This document shows positions 28,058 through 38,271 of a DNA stretch of 64,000 bases, one piece after another (positions within the stretch are counted from its first letter, which is position 1; each line of letters starts with the position of its first letter). Source of the DNA: Flammeovirgaceae bacterium UBA1842 (lineage in GTDB: Bacteria > Bacteroidota > Bacteroidia > Cytophagales > Cyclobacteriaceae). The stretch spans positions 2,830-66,829 of the forward strand of contig DDIU01000049.1 in the NCBI GenBank assembly GCA_002338655.1, written 5' to 3'. Below the pieces are notes generated by a model that was given only the letters and a program-made list of their open reading frames with translations, was not told the DNA's origin and made no database searches. A program made the position numbers and the translations under genes.

Positions 28058-28779
28058 TAGTCTAGGTCATCAAAAAAAGAGCCTTTACTTTCCTCAACTA
28101 CCTTTTCAACAGGTTGCTCAGCCTTTATTTCCTTAGGTGGGGTAACTGGCTCCTCAGGCACTTCCTGTTCCAATTTTAAATCCTTTTCTAATTGGTTTGC
28201 TTTCTTGACTGATGCATTTTCCCTTTTTATTTTCAAAAGTTCTTCATCAATGTTCACTTTGCTAATCTGAGACTTCACACGATTCACTTTTTCCAACGCA
28301 TCATTTGTAAATGATTTTATGTCAGACAACAGATCTTCACGAATATTTTCAAGGTTCCTATACACCTGAGCCATTGACCTTAATTTATCTTCCATGTCTT
28401 CAATGGCATTTCGTGATCGCATTTCTGCCTCTTCCAACATGTCTTTAGCCTTTGACTTAGCTTCGTTCATAATACCCTCCGCCTTCATCTCCGTTTCACG
28501 CATGTGTAACTGAGCTGTCTTAGTGGCCTGGTCTATCATATTAGCACCAGTATCTTCAGCGGTTTTAAGGGTCTTAAACAATGAGTTTTCCACTTCCCTA
28601 AGCTTTTCCACCTCTCGTTCAGAAGATTCTAACTTAATCCTCAACTCCTTATTTTCATCCTGAAGTTTTTCCCACTCCGAGGACATGGTCGTTAAAAATG
28701 CATCTACCTCGTCTTTATCCAACCCACGAAAAGCCTTTTCAAAAGTCTTTTGTCTGATTTCTAATGGCGTAATTTTCAT
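28057..28779 (-). CDS. DivIVA domain protein
   Basis: ITPLEIRQKTFEKAFRGLDKDEVDAFL followed by coiled coil. Confidence 0.9.
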   Translation of the reverse strand: MKITPLEIRQKTFEKAFRGLDKDEVDAFLTTMSSEWEKLQDENKELRIKLESSEREVEKLREVENSLFKTLKTAEDTGANMIDQATKTAQLHMRETEMKAEGIMNEAKSKAKDMLEEAEMRSRNAIEDMEDKLRSMAQVYRNLENIREDLLSDIKSFTNDALEKVNRVKSQISKVNIDEELLKIKRENASVKKANQLEKDLKLEQEVPEEPVTPPKEIKAEQPVEKVVEESKGSFFDDLD

Positions 28780-28806
28780 ATCAAAATTTATACTATACCA
28801 ACTATC

Positions 28807-29724
28807 TCAATTATTTAACTCAATATCCCATATGGAAATTGTCCTATCGTCACTTGCACTTGCCAATAAGTTATTATACTCACTCCACAATAATTTGTTT
28901 ACCGAAGTGCCATGCCCTGCATGACGGGCTTTGTCTATTACCTTCAACAACTTAAATCGCTCAACATTCCATACTTTGATCGATTTGTCCATGCTACAAG
29001 TTACAAAATGTTTGCCATCTGGACTAAATGCAATGTTATTTATGGCGTACATATGAGCCACTATATCTTCCAATAATACATATCCCCCCTTTACATCCCA
29101 AATTTTGAGATGGGCATCACGCCCACCACTTAAAAGTAGCTGACTGTCAGGCGAGTAACGTATGGTGAAAACAGAGTTTTTATGATCAGCCAATGTGTAT
29201 TTTAAACTTAAATCCGATAGATTCATAATTAAAATCGTGTTATCACTTGTGCCAATAGCCAGTTCATTACTTACTTCATTAACAGCCAAACACCGAACAC
29301 TTTTCTCAGCTACTTTAATTTTATCCAGTGCTTTAAGCGGATTTAATCCTATTACATGTAAAATACCCTTTCCATCACCAACATACATTTTGTCCCTAAA
29401 AGTTGTGATATCAAAAATAGCAGCATCGGTAAAATTCAATGAACTAACCTCCTTTTTCTTATCACAATCTAGGAAATGAAGCCCATCATAGTTATGCCCC
29501 ACTGCCAATAGATTGACTTTTTCAAGAAAGTGTAAACCATAAATTGAATTGGGTAATTTGGCAATCAATTGTCCTTTATCAGGGTTTTTCAAATCCCATT
29601 GTACTACCATACCATCACCTGCACCTGAATAAAATATGTGTGGATATTGTGACCTCTCAAGTGTATAAATACAATCATTGTGGCCGGTGTAAGTTTCTTT
29701 TTTACTTACTATAACCTTAGTCAT
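28807..29724 (-). CDS. WD40-repeat protein
   Basis: Canonical repeats such as HKNSVFTIRYSPD...SGGRDAHLKIWD and SMDKSIKVWN. The likely start is MTKVIV at 29724. Confidence 0.9.
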   Translation of the reverse strand: MTKVIVSKKETYTGHNDCIYTLERSQYPHIFYSGAGDGMVVQWDLKNPDKGQLIAKLPNSIYGLHFLEKVNLLAVGHNYDGLHFLDCDKKKEVSSLNFTDAAIFDITTFRDKMYVGDGKGILHVIGLNPLKALDKIKVAEKSVRCLAVNEVSNELAIGTSDNTILIMNLSDLSLKYTLADHKNSVFTIRYSPDSQLLLSGGRDAHLKIWDVKGGYVLLEDIVAHMYAINNIAFSPDGKHFVTCSMDKSIKVWNVERFKLLKVIDKARHAGHGTSVNKLLWSEYNNLLASASDDRTISIWDIELNN

Positions 29725-29790
29725 GGAGAAGTGGTTAGATTTAATTTTTAAATTTAGGACAAAAGAAGCAAGTAATAGACTAGTAATCAA

Positions 29791-30426
29791 ATGCCTTTAA
29801 TCAAAATAGAACAAATAAAACCTGAACGATATATTGGTATTTGGCATATCACAGAGCACTTGGAAGACTTGCTCACTCAATTAAACCCCAATCAAAAGTA
29901 TTTACCAGAACTGGAAGGGTTTAGGATAATGTCTAAAAAACTTGAGTGGGCAGCCGCCAGACTCACAGTAAAAATGCTGGCCGCTAAAATGAAAATTGAT
30001 TATAAGGGTATTGATAAAAATACAGATGGCAAACCAGTATTGGCCCATAGTAATGTTGAAATCTCATTGACGCACTCCTATCCTTTTGTGGCAGCCATCA
30101 TTGATAGAAATATAAATGTGGGCATAGATTTAGAGCAACCCAAGGAGAAACTCAAAGCCATTGCACATAAATTTCTCTCAGAAAAAGAACTTCTTTTTAC
30201 AAATAATGATGTGGTAAAACTATGTATTGCATGGTGTGCTAAAGAGACTTTGTATAAAATGCACAGCAAGCGTGGGTTGTTATTTAAAGAAAATTTACTG
30301 CTGGAACCCTATGAACCAAAAAGCCGCGGCATCATAACTGGCAGTATAATTGCAAATGATTCCATAAAAAGCTATAATTTGGAATATAGAGTGGAAAAAG
30401 ACTATATTTTAACTTTTACTGGCTAA
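29791..30426 (-). CDS. placeholder
   Basis: Strand entry error: disregard this entry; the plus-strand entry with the same coordinates is the real call. Confidence 0.
29791..30426 (+). CDS. Sfp-type 4'-phosphopantetheinyl transferase
   Basis: GKP, ISLTHS, VGIDLE and WCAKETLYK motifs. Confidence 0.9.
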   Translation: MPLIKIEQIKPERYIGIWHITEHLEDLLTQLNPNQKYLPELEGFRIMSKKLEWAAARLTVKMLAAKMKIDYKGIDKNTDGKPVLAHSNVEISLTHSYPFVAAIIDRNINVGIDLEQPKEKLKAIAHKFLSEKELLFTNNDVVKLCIAWCAKETLYKMHSKRGLLFKENLLLEPYEPKSRGIITGSIIANDSIKSYNLEYRVEKDYILTFTG

Positions 30427-30427
30427 T

Positions 30428-31003
30428 TTGATTAATATCATGAAAATATTTATCTCTTCGTTAATTGTACTTTTAGTAAGTAGTAGCTTGCATTCGCAAA
30501 ATATTGCTGATTTTACGCTTACTGATGCGAAAAGCAAAAGTGAGGTCTCCCTTAATAATTTTAATAATAAAAAGGGCGTTGCCGTGATTTTCACAAGTAA
30601 TGTCTGCCCCTACTCAGTATATTATGAAGGTAGAATCACACAATTAGTAGCTGATTATCCTGATGATATTCAATTTCTGTTAGTCAACAGCTTTACGGAT
30701 GACAAAGAAACAGTAGATCAAATGCGAAGTAAGATTGTGGCCTGGGGTATTAACGCGCCTTACTTAGCTGATAAAGATGGTGGTGTAAAGAAAGCATTTG
30801 GTGCACGCAAAAGCCCTGAGGTCTTCTTATTAAAAAACAATGGCGGAAAGTTTTCCATTTTTTACAAAGGTGCCATTGATAATAATCCTCAGGTAGCAAC
30901 TGATGTAAAGGAACGATACTTGAAAAACAATATTGAAAACTTGCTTAATGGCAGAAGTGCAACGAACCTAGGCACACGACCAATTGGATGTATGATTAAA
31001 TAA
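30428..31003 (+). CDS. Exported redoxin (AhpC/TSA-like thioredoxin fold)
   Basis: Signal peptide, ADFTL, CPYS, PYLAD and YKGAID. Confidence 0.8.
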   Translation: MINIMKIFISSLIVLLVSSSLHSQNIADFTLTDAKSKSEVSLNNFNNKKGVAVIFTSNVCPYSVYYEGRITQLVADYPDDIQFLLVNSFTDDKETVDQMRSKIVAWGINAPYLADKDGGVKKAFGARKSPEVFLLKNNGGKFSIFYKGAIDNNPQVATDVKERYLKNNIENLLNGRSATNLGTRPIGCMIK

Positions 31004-31861
31004 TTACTCTAGGTCCTCGTACTCTCCCGCAGATAGGCATTGTAACAGTACCTTTACTTCATCTGCCTTAATATGATCCCCTATCTTCTCAAATGAGTTC
31101 ATGAGATTTCTCAATGACCTTCTGATAATCTCTGCATTGCTACAGGGCTGAAAATAGCTGTCTTGTGGGTTCAACCTCAATTCTGCTACATAATTATTAA
31201 TATCATCCATGGAGAATATCAATCCACGGTTAAAGGCATTAATGTAGAATTGTTGATGGTTTTTATCTTTATAAGTAAGAATAAAAAGGTTGGGTAGATT
31301 TACTCCACTTATTGGCATTTTCAGCCTTTGGGCAACAAGCATGTACACAGCGCATAATGAAATTGGATTGCCTTTTTTAGAATCCAAAACAATATTAATC
31401 ATTGAATTGCTGGGGGAATGAAAGTTCTTAGTGTTTGCGCTGAATTTCAACTTTCCAAATAGTACACTGTTCAATAATTTCACTTGATCAAACGGATGTG
31501 CTTCGGGCTTAAACTCAAGCCATGCCTCATAATAGATTTGTTCGAGATCCTGCTTGAGTTTAACCAATTCTAAATCTGGATATTGATAGGTAGCTACTAG
31601 CCACATCCCTTTCAATAAATCATCTTCTTCATTGTCAAGCCAAAATTCGAGACGCTCTTGGAGGAGCTCAAACTGCAGTAAATGTATTAAATCCTCAATT
31701 CTCCTCTGAACATCGGGATTGAGGTTACTTTCCCACTCGGTTTCCAATAATGGAATTATATTCTGGCCAATAGACTTTATTTTATCCTCTACATGAGTGA
31801 TTATTTGATGGTCATCGTCATCAAGGAGGGATATTAGGGCTTTAAGCTCGCTGTTTTTCAA
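31004..31861 (-). CDS. SirB1/transglutaminase-like family protein
   Basis: KGNPISLCAVYMLVAQRL, GVNLPNLFIL and YINAFNRG. Confidence 0.8.
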   Translation of the reverse strand: MKNSELKALISLLDDDDHQIITHVEDKIKSIGQNIIPLLETEWESNLNPDVQRRIEDLIHLLQFELLQERLEFWLDNEEDDLLKGMWLVATYQYPDLELVKLKQDLEQIYYEAWLEFKPEAHPFDQVKLLNSVLFGKLKFSANTKNFHSPSNSMINIVLDSKKGNPISLCAVYMLVAQRLKMPISGVNLPNLFILTYKDKNHQQFYINAFNRGLIFSMDDINNYVAELRLNPQDSYFQPCSNAEIIRRSLRNLMNSFEKIGDHIKADEVKVLLQCLSAGEYEDLE

Positions 31862-31930
31862 AAGAAAAAATTTATTCGTTATCTAATAGCTGTCTGAAAA
31901 ATAGCTGACTTCATTTAACTTTCAAAATAT

Positions 31931-33556
31931 TTAGGTTTGAATTACCCCAACATTAAACTTTTCCACTGGAGCATGATTAGCAGCTTCTATTCCCATGGAG
32001 ATCACCTTTCGGGTCTCTAAAGGATCAATAATACCATCTACCCAAAGTCTTGAAGCTGCGTAATAAGGGCTTAATTCCTCATTATATTTATCGGTAATAT
32101 CCTTTAATATTTTTTCTTCTGCTTCAGGTGTTGTTTCCTCACCTTTGGCTTTTAATGTGGCCACCTGTATCTGCAAGAGCGTTTTTGCTGCTGCCGCACC
32201 GCTCATTACGGCTATCTGAGCTGTGGGCCAGGCGTATATTAACCTAGGATCGTATGCCTTTCCACACATGGCATAATTTCCCGCACCATACGAGTTGCCC
32301 ATGATAATGGTAAATTTTGGCACTGTGGAGTTAGCCATGGCATTCACCATTTTTGCTCCATCCTTAATTATACCTCCGTGTTCTGCTTTACTGCCCACCA
32401 TAAAACCACTTACTTCCTGAAGGAATACAAGAGGAATTTTCCGTTGGTTGCAGTTCATGATAAATCGGGCAGCCTTATCTGCTGAGTCAGAGTAAATCAC
32501 CCCGCCCATTTGCATTTCACCCTTCTTGTTTTTCACAACTTTCCGTTGATTGGCCACAATTCCTACAGCCCACCCGTCAATTCTACCATATCCACATATT
32601 ATTGTCTTGCCATAAAGTGCCTTGTATTCATCAAATTCAGATTTATCTACCAGTCGTTTAATAACGTCCATTGTATCATAAGGCTTTACCCGATCTTCTG
32701 GAAATATGCCATACAATTCTTTGGGGTTTAGCTTAGGTGCCGCTGACTTGATCCTATCAAACCCAGCCTTTTCAAAAGCACCAATTTTATTGAAAATTGA
32801 TTTTATGTAATCGAGGCAGGCCTCATCATTATCAAATTTATTATCGGTTACACCTGAAATTTCACAATGGGTGGTGGCTCCACCTAATGTTTCATTGTCA
32901 ATAGATTCGCCTATGGCCGCCTTTACCAAATAGGAGCCTGCCAAAAATATGGAGCCCGTTTTGTCCACGATCATGGCCTCATCAGACATAATGGGCAAAT
33001 AAGCACCACCTGCCACACAACTGCCCATGATAGCAGCAATTTGTATAATGCCCATTGAGGACATCTTGGCGTTATTCCTAAACTGCCGGCCAAAGTGCTC
33101 CTTATCAGGAAATATTTCATTCTGCATGGGTAGAAAAACACCAGCGCTATCGACTAAATAAATTATTGGCAGACGATTTTCCATTGCTATCTCCTGAGCC
33201 CTTAGATTTTTCTTTGCTGTGATAGGAAACCAAGCACCGGCCTTTACAGTTGCGTCATTGGCCACGATCATGCACTGTCGGCCTTGCACATATCCAATGC
33301 CCGTAACCACTCCACCAGATGGACAACCTCCAACATCGGTATACATTCCATCACCAGCAAATAAACCCACTTCCAAAAATTCTGACTTGTCATCAGTAAG
33401 GTAATCTATCCTTTCCCTTGCTGTTAACTTGCCCTTTTTGTGTTGGGATTCAATTTTCTTTTCACCGCCACCCAATTTTACCTTTTCACTCTTACCCTTA
33501 AGTTTATAGATGAGTTGTTTGAGATGATCTTCGTTTTTATTGAATTCGATATCCAT
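31931..33556 (-). CDS. Acyl-CoA carboxylase beta subunit (methylcrotonyl-CoA carboxylase-like)
   Basis: GKLTARERI, ANDATVKAGA, VDSAG..LP.Q, GSCVAGGAY and GNSYGAGNYAMCG. Confidence 0.92.
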   Translation of the reverse strand: MDIEFNKNEDHLKQLIYKLKGKSEKVKLGGGEKKIESQHKKGKLTARERIDYLTDDKSEFLEVGLFAGDGMYTDVGGCPSGGVVTGIGYVQGRQCMIVANDATVKAGAWFPITAKKNLRAQEIAMENRLPIIYLVDSAGVFLPMQNEIFPDKEHFGRQFRNNAKMSSMGIIQIAAIMGSCVAGGAYLPIMSDEAMIVDKTGSIFLAGSYLVKAAIGESIDNETLGGATTHCEISGVTDNKFDNDEACLDYIKSIFNKIGAFEKAGFDRIKSAAPKLNPKELYGIFPEDRVKPYDTMDVIKRLVDKSEFDEYKALYGKTIICGYGRIDGWAVGIVANQRKVVKNKKGEMQMGGVIYSDSADKAARFIMNCNQRKIPLVFLQEVSGFMVGSKAEHGGIIKDGAKMVNAMANSTVPKFTIIMGNSYGAGNYAMCGKAYDPRLIYAWPTAQIAVMSGAAAAKTLLQIQVATLKAKGEETTPEAEEKILKDITDKYNEELSPYYAASRLWVDGIIDPLETRKVISMGIEAANHAPVEKFNVGVIQT

Positions 33557-33690
33557 GCTGATGATTAAGTTAGAATTTGTGCATGCAATTGATTAGTACA
33601 TTGCTGCCACAATTTTAAAGATATTGAAAGTAAATATGGAGGAAATGTCAGTCTAAAATAAGAAGTGACCCCTAAAACATTGTAGAACCA

Positions 33691-34644
33691 TTAATTATTG
33701 TCGGCCTCTTTTCGTCTGTCCCGCTCAATTTTTTTCTGGCTTTTTCCCAAAGGTGCCAAAAAGTGCTTTGGGTTAGTATCTATATGAATCAAGAGCCTGT
33801 CCAAACTTTCCACGGCATTATTCAGGTTGACATATAGTGAGTCGCTATTGATTAGCTTTCCGAGGGTTCCATCATTGTTTGTAAAATGCTCAATGGCCTT
33901 ATTCAAACTTGCCACGGCCCTATTCACTTCACTTAATGTTTGGTTTAAATTCAAACTTTTTAACGAATCGGTAAATTGGGTTAAATTTTTTGCCGCAGGC
34001 CGCACATCCCTAATTGTCCCTTTTAATTCCAACCCTAGGTCATTATATGTCTCAGATAATGAAGCAATCTTTCCTTTTACTTCATAAAGCGTTGAATTGA
34101 GTATTACTGGAGTCTTAGACCACCCGTCAATAATCTGATTGATTTTATCTTCATTATTAGCAAGGTTTTCCAATATGACATTGATTTTTTTAATGGTTGC
34201 ATCTAAGCTAGTGGCTACTGGCTGCGCACTTTCAAGAAAGTCCGAAATCCCCTTGTCCAATAGAGCAATTAAGGTGTCCCCTTTAGTTAAGGGTTTTGAG
34301 ATGTCACCTGTACTAAGCGATATAGACTTGTTACCAAGAAAATCACTACTAAGCGTGGCCACTGATGAATCGCCAAGAACAATTTCACCATTAATGTCCA
34401 GTTCAACCAAAACTTCGTCAGTCTTATTTTGTAATAATTGAATACGACTGACACGACCTACTGTAAATCCATTAATTAAAATTGGATTAGAGACATTTAG
34501 CCCATCTACATTCGAATAGATAGCATAATATTTATCGTTTGACGAGAAAAAATCTACCCCTTTCAAATAATTGAACCCTAAGTATAGGAGGGTTATTCCC
34601 GATACCATAAACAGACCCACTTTAAATTCCTTTGACAGTTTCAC
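33691..34644 (-). CDS. MlaD/Mce family protein
   Basis: N-terminal TM helix, VDGLNVSNPILINGFTVGRV, and LIHIDTNPKHF at the C-terminus. Confidence 0.88.
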   Translation of the reverse strand: MKLSKEFKVGLFMVSGITLLYLGFNYLKGVDFFSSNDKYYAIYSNVDGLNVSNPILINGFTVGRVSRIQLLQNKTDEVLVELDINGEIVLGDSSVATLSSDFLGNKSISLSTGDISKPLTKGDTLIALLDKGISDFLESAQPVATSLDATIKKINVILENLANNEDKINQIIDGWSKTPVILNSTLYEVKGKIASLSETYNDLGLELKGTIRDVRPAAKNLTQFTDSLKSLNLNQTLSEVNRAVASLNKAIEHFTNNDGTLGKLINSDSLYVNLNNAVESLDRLLIHIDTNPKHFLAPLGKSQKKIERDRRKEADNN

Positions 34645-34646
34645 TC

Positions 34647-35468
34647 CTATTTATTTAAAGATTCAATTTCATTTTTATAATCCCGGAAAGCCCTGAATAT
34701 TCCTGAGGCTATATTCGCCTGAATAGAACTGTTATTCAATTCCATTTCTTCCTTTGGATTAGAAAGATAGCCTATTTCCACCAAAACACTAGGCATTGAG
34801 GTGCTCCACATCAAATATAAACTAGATTGTTTAACTCCATAACTCCTCCTCCCTGCACGATTGGAAAATTGGTGTTCTATCATATTTGCCAGGTATATGC
34901 TTTTTTCTTGAAATGCTGATTGTGTTAAAGAAAATAATATGAGGGATTCTGGCGATTTAGGGTCGAAATCATACTTCTTTTCATAATCTTCCTCTAGGAG
35001 TATCACCGAATTTTCACGTTTGGCTACTTCCAGGTTTCTTTCACTATTTTGAACGCCCATTACATAGGTTTCTGTACCATATACTGAGGCTTTTCGATCG
35101 TCAGAAGTGTTTGTTGGCAATGAATTGGCATGGACAGAAATAAATACGTCTGCCTCATTTTTATTGGCAATGTTGGCACGAACATTCAATTCAACGAATT
35201 TATCTTCTTGTCGGGTATAAATGACCTTGACATCCGGCAAATATTCTTCAATATAGCTTCCCACTTGTAAGGCCACCTTAAGCACGATGTCTTTTTCCTT
35301 ACTCATGGCGCCATGTGTACCTGGGTCATGTCCACCATGGCCGGCATCAATGACAACTGTTTTTACCTTAAAATCAGATTTTCTCAGGGAGGTAGAAGAA
35401 TTTAGCAAGGTAATTGCTAGGAGACCGATTACAATGGCAATATTCTTTACAATTTTTCGCTTCTTCAC
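34647..35468 (-). CDS. N-acetylmuramoyl-L-alanine amidase (Amidase_3)
   Basis: VVIDAGHGGHDPG, FISVHAN and PSVLVEIGYLSN. The likely start is GTG at 35468. Confidence 0.92.
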   Translation of the reverse strand: MKKRKIVKNIAIVIGLLAITLLNSSTSLRKSDFKVKTVVIDAGHGGHDPGTHGAMSKEKDIVLKVALQVGSYIEEYLPDVKVIYTRQEDKFVELNVRANIANKNEADVFISVHANSLPTNTSDDRKASVYGTETYVMGVQNSERNLEVAKRENSVILLEEDYEKKYDFDPKSPESLILFSLTQSAFQEKSIYLANMIEHQFSNRAGRRSYGVKQSSLYLMWSTSMPSVLVEIGYLSNPKEEMELNNSSIQANIASGIFRAFRDYKNEIESLNK

Positions 35469-35535
35469 AGTTAATCCAATAACTTTGAACAAAGTTGTAA
35501 TTTTTTCTCTTAATCCGAAAAATACGCCTAACAAA

Positions 35536-38268
35536 TTGAACAAGCACACCTCTGTGAAATACAGTTTTCTATTCCTTTTTGGCTCTTTTTTCATAAATCA
35601 ACTTTATGCACAAAATCCTGAAAATAATCTCCAAGTTACAAATGAAATACTTGGTGACAATACAACCCCTCCCGATAGTATCCCTCCTTTGAATGTTGTT
35701 CAAAATATGAGCGACTCCACTGTTTCCAACCCAGCGGATAGCGCCAAAGTAGAAACTAAAAAAGGAGATATTAAAACTACAATCAACTATTCTGCCAGAG
35801 ATTCAATTAATTTTTCTGTCGACTCAAAAATTGTCAAATTATATGGCAACGCTAAAATCAAATATGGGCAAATAGAACTCGAAGCTGACTTTATTACGAT
35901 CGATTACGCCAATAATGTGCTCAGTGCCAGTGGGAAAAGAGACTCATTGGGCCAAAGGATAGGTTACCCTATTTTTAAGAATGGCCCGGAGGTCTACGAA
36001 ACAAAAGACATTACGTACAACTTCAAAACCGGACGTGCACGGATCACCGAAGTAGTAACCAAGCAAGGCGAGGGTTTCTTGCATGGTGAAACAGTTTATA
36101 AAAATTCAAAAAATGAATTGTTTAGCATTGATAACTCCTATACCACCTGTAGTTTAGAACATCCACATTATCGGATTAGGGCAAAAAAAACCAAGGCCAT
36201 TCCTAATGACAAAGTGATATCTGGTCCGGCAAATTTGGAAATAAATGATGTCCCCACCCCACTATGGCTACCCTTTGCCATGTTTCCAGCCAAAAATGAG
36301 GCTTCCTCTGGGGTAATTATCCCATCCTATGGCGAGGAAAGTAGAAGGGGCTTCTTTATGCGTGGAGCAGGCTATTTCTTTGATGTAAGTGATTATTTTA
36401 AAACTGCTGTTACTGGTGATCTATATTCTAAGGGTGGTCATGGGATCAACATAAATTCAGCCTACAAAAAACGTTACGCCTATAATGGGAACATGAATTT
36501 TAGTTACACTCAAATCCGATTGAGTGACTTGGTTGAAGACCAATCAACTCAAAACGATTTTAGATTGACGCTTAACCATAGCCCGGAAAGCAAAGGAAAC
36601 AGTCGTTTTAGTGCCAGTATCAATGCCGCTACATCTACCTATAATCAAAATAATTTTATTGGTGTAAATGGAGATCCCAATAATTCCAGATTTGATAACA
36701 CCACCAGACAATTAAGTTCATCAGTAAATTATTCTAAGAGTTTCGGAACAAGCCCATTTACTTTAGGGGTGAGTGCCCGTCATAACCAAGACGTTCGTAC
36801 CCGGAAAGTGGATTTATTGCTCCCCTCTGTTTCATTGAATATGGGTAACATCTATCCATTAAAAGGATTGGTTGGTACATCAGGTGGATGGACAGATAAG
36901 CTTAATTTAAAGTATAGTCTCACTGGAACAAATCAGGTGACCAACAATCTTGGAAAAATCAGTAAAGCAGACATCACTCAGGATAGTATTGCCCCTTTTG
37001 ATTTTGATAATCTTGGTACATTTTTCAAAAATTCCAAAAAGGGTATCAAACATTCCTTGCCATTAAGTACTTCATTTAAAATGTTGAAGCACTTTACCGC
37101 AACACCCTCTGTCAGTTATGAAGAACTCTGGTATTTCGAAAAACTAATATGGGATCTTGACTCAACTGGTAGAAAGGCCATAATAGTGGATACTTTAGAT
37201 GGGTTTAATCGAGTATCTACCTACAGTGTTGGAACAAGCTTGAGCACCAGGGTATATGGCACGTATTTTTTTAAGAAAGGAAATATTCAGGCCATACGTC
37301 ATGTTATGAACCCCAACATCTCCTTTAATTATACACCTGACTTCAGTGCTGAAAAATTTGGCTATTACCAACACCTAATTACAGAAGAGGGCACCGAAAT
37401 CCTAAAATCGCGACATGAAGGCTTTGTTTATGGCGGTCCCGGACAAGGGGAAAGTGCCTCAATCGGTCTCTCATTAAATAACACGCTGGAAATGAAAGTA
37501 AAGTCTAAGAATGACTCAACCAATCAATCCACAAAGGTTCCTTTACTCAATAATTTTGGGGTAAGCACAAGTTATAACCTCGTAGCCGATGCATTCAAGC
37601 TCTCCAATATTAACCTACGGGCCAGCACTTCACTCTTTAAGAATAAATTGAACGTCAATTTTAGCAGTACGATTGATCCGTATGTGTATGTACTGGATAG
37701 TATTACTAAAAATTCTAAAAATGAAAATGTAATTCATCAAAGACGTATTGATCGCTATGCTTGGGACAATGGTGATGGGCTTGGGCAAATAACTTCTGCC
37801 ACACTTTCTTTGAACACCAATTTAAATCCAAAAGGTCGGAACAAGGATAATACTACCAATAAAGTAATCCAAGGATCCAATCTCAATGATGCTGACAAAG
37901 ATTATCTGCTCAATAACCCTGATAGCTATGTTGATTTTAACATCCCTTGGAGTATTAGGCTTGGGTACAATTTTAATATTTCAAGAGTAGGGTTTAATGA
38001 GTCGGAGATCAAACAAACACTAACATTTTCCGGGGATTTATCATTAACTGAAAAATGGAAAATTACCTATAGGTCGGGGTACGATTTTGATAAAAACGAT
38101 TTCACTACCACCCGTTTAGGTCTCACACGCGATCTTCATTGTTGGCAAATGGATTTTAACTGGACACCTTTCGGTACGTTTCAAAGCTATGGATTCTCCA
38201 TTCACGTTAAATCGTCATTGCTGCAAGACCTGAAAATAGATAGGAATAGAAGCTTTAATGATTTATAA
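35536..38268 (+). CDS. lptD: Bacteroidota LptD-like LPS assembly outer membrane protein
   Basis: YSARDSI, LYGNAKIKY, YTTC..EHPHY, IPSYGE, C-terminal RDLHCWQM and SSLLQDLK. Start likely TTG at 35536 or GTG at 35554, not 35287. Confidence 0.8.
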   Translation: MNKHTSVKYSFLFLFGSFFINQLYAQNPENNLQVTNEILGDNTTPPDSIPPLNVVQNMSDSTVSNPADSAKVETKKGDIKTTINYSARDSINFSVDSKIVKLYGNAKIKYGQIELEADFITIDYANNVLSASGKRDSLGQRIGYPIFKNGPEVYETKDITYNFKTGRARITEVVTKQGEGFLHGETVYKNSKNELFSIDNSYTTCSLEHPHYRIRAKKTKAIPNDKVISGPANLEINDVPTPLWLPFAMFPAKNEASSGVIIPSYGEESRRGFFMRGAGYFFDVSDYFKTAVTGDLYSKGGHGININSAYKKRYAYNGNMNFSYTQIRLSDLVEDQSTQNDFRLTLNHSPESKGNSRFSASINAATSTYNQNNFIGVNGDPNNSRFDNTTRQLSSSVNYSKSFGTSPFTLGVSARHNQDVRTRKVDLLLPSVSLNMGNIYPLKGLVGTSGGWTDKLNLKYSLTGTNQVTNNLGKISKADITQDSIAPFDFDNLGTFFKNSKKGIKHSLPLSTSFKMLKHFTATPSVSYEELWYFEKLIWDLDSTGRKAIIVDTLDGFNRVSTYSVGTSLSTRVYGTYFFKKGNIQAIRHVMNPNISFNYTPDFSAEKFGYYQHLITEEGTEILKSRHEGFVYGGPGQGESASIGLSLNNTLEMKVKSKNDSTNQSTKVPLLNNFGVSTSYNLVADAFKLSNINLRASTSLFKNKLNVNFSSTIDPYVYVLDSITKNSKNENVIHQRRIDRYAWDNGDGLGQITSATLSLNTNLNPKGRNKDNTTNKVIQGSNLNDADKDYLLNNPDSYVDFNIPWSIRLGYNFNISRVGFNESEIKQTLTFSGDLSLTEKWKITYRSGYDFDKNDFTTTRLGLTRDLHCWQMDFNWTPFGTFQSYGFSIHVKSSLLQDLKIDRNRSFNDL

Positions 38269-38271
38269 TTT

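Noticed and set aside
28807-29724. WD40 protein as a eukaryote-derived acquisition
   Set aside because: It sits co-oriented with housekeeping divIVA and folB with no mobility signs. Such WD40 proteins are common in Bacteroidota.
35287-35535. Long N-terminal extension of the LptD-like ORF and the reciprocal extension of the amidase ORF
   Set aside because: They overlap each other antisense. Signal-peptide-like starts lie at 35536/35554 and 35468.
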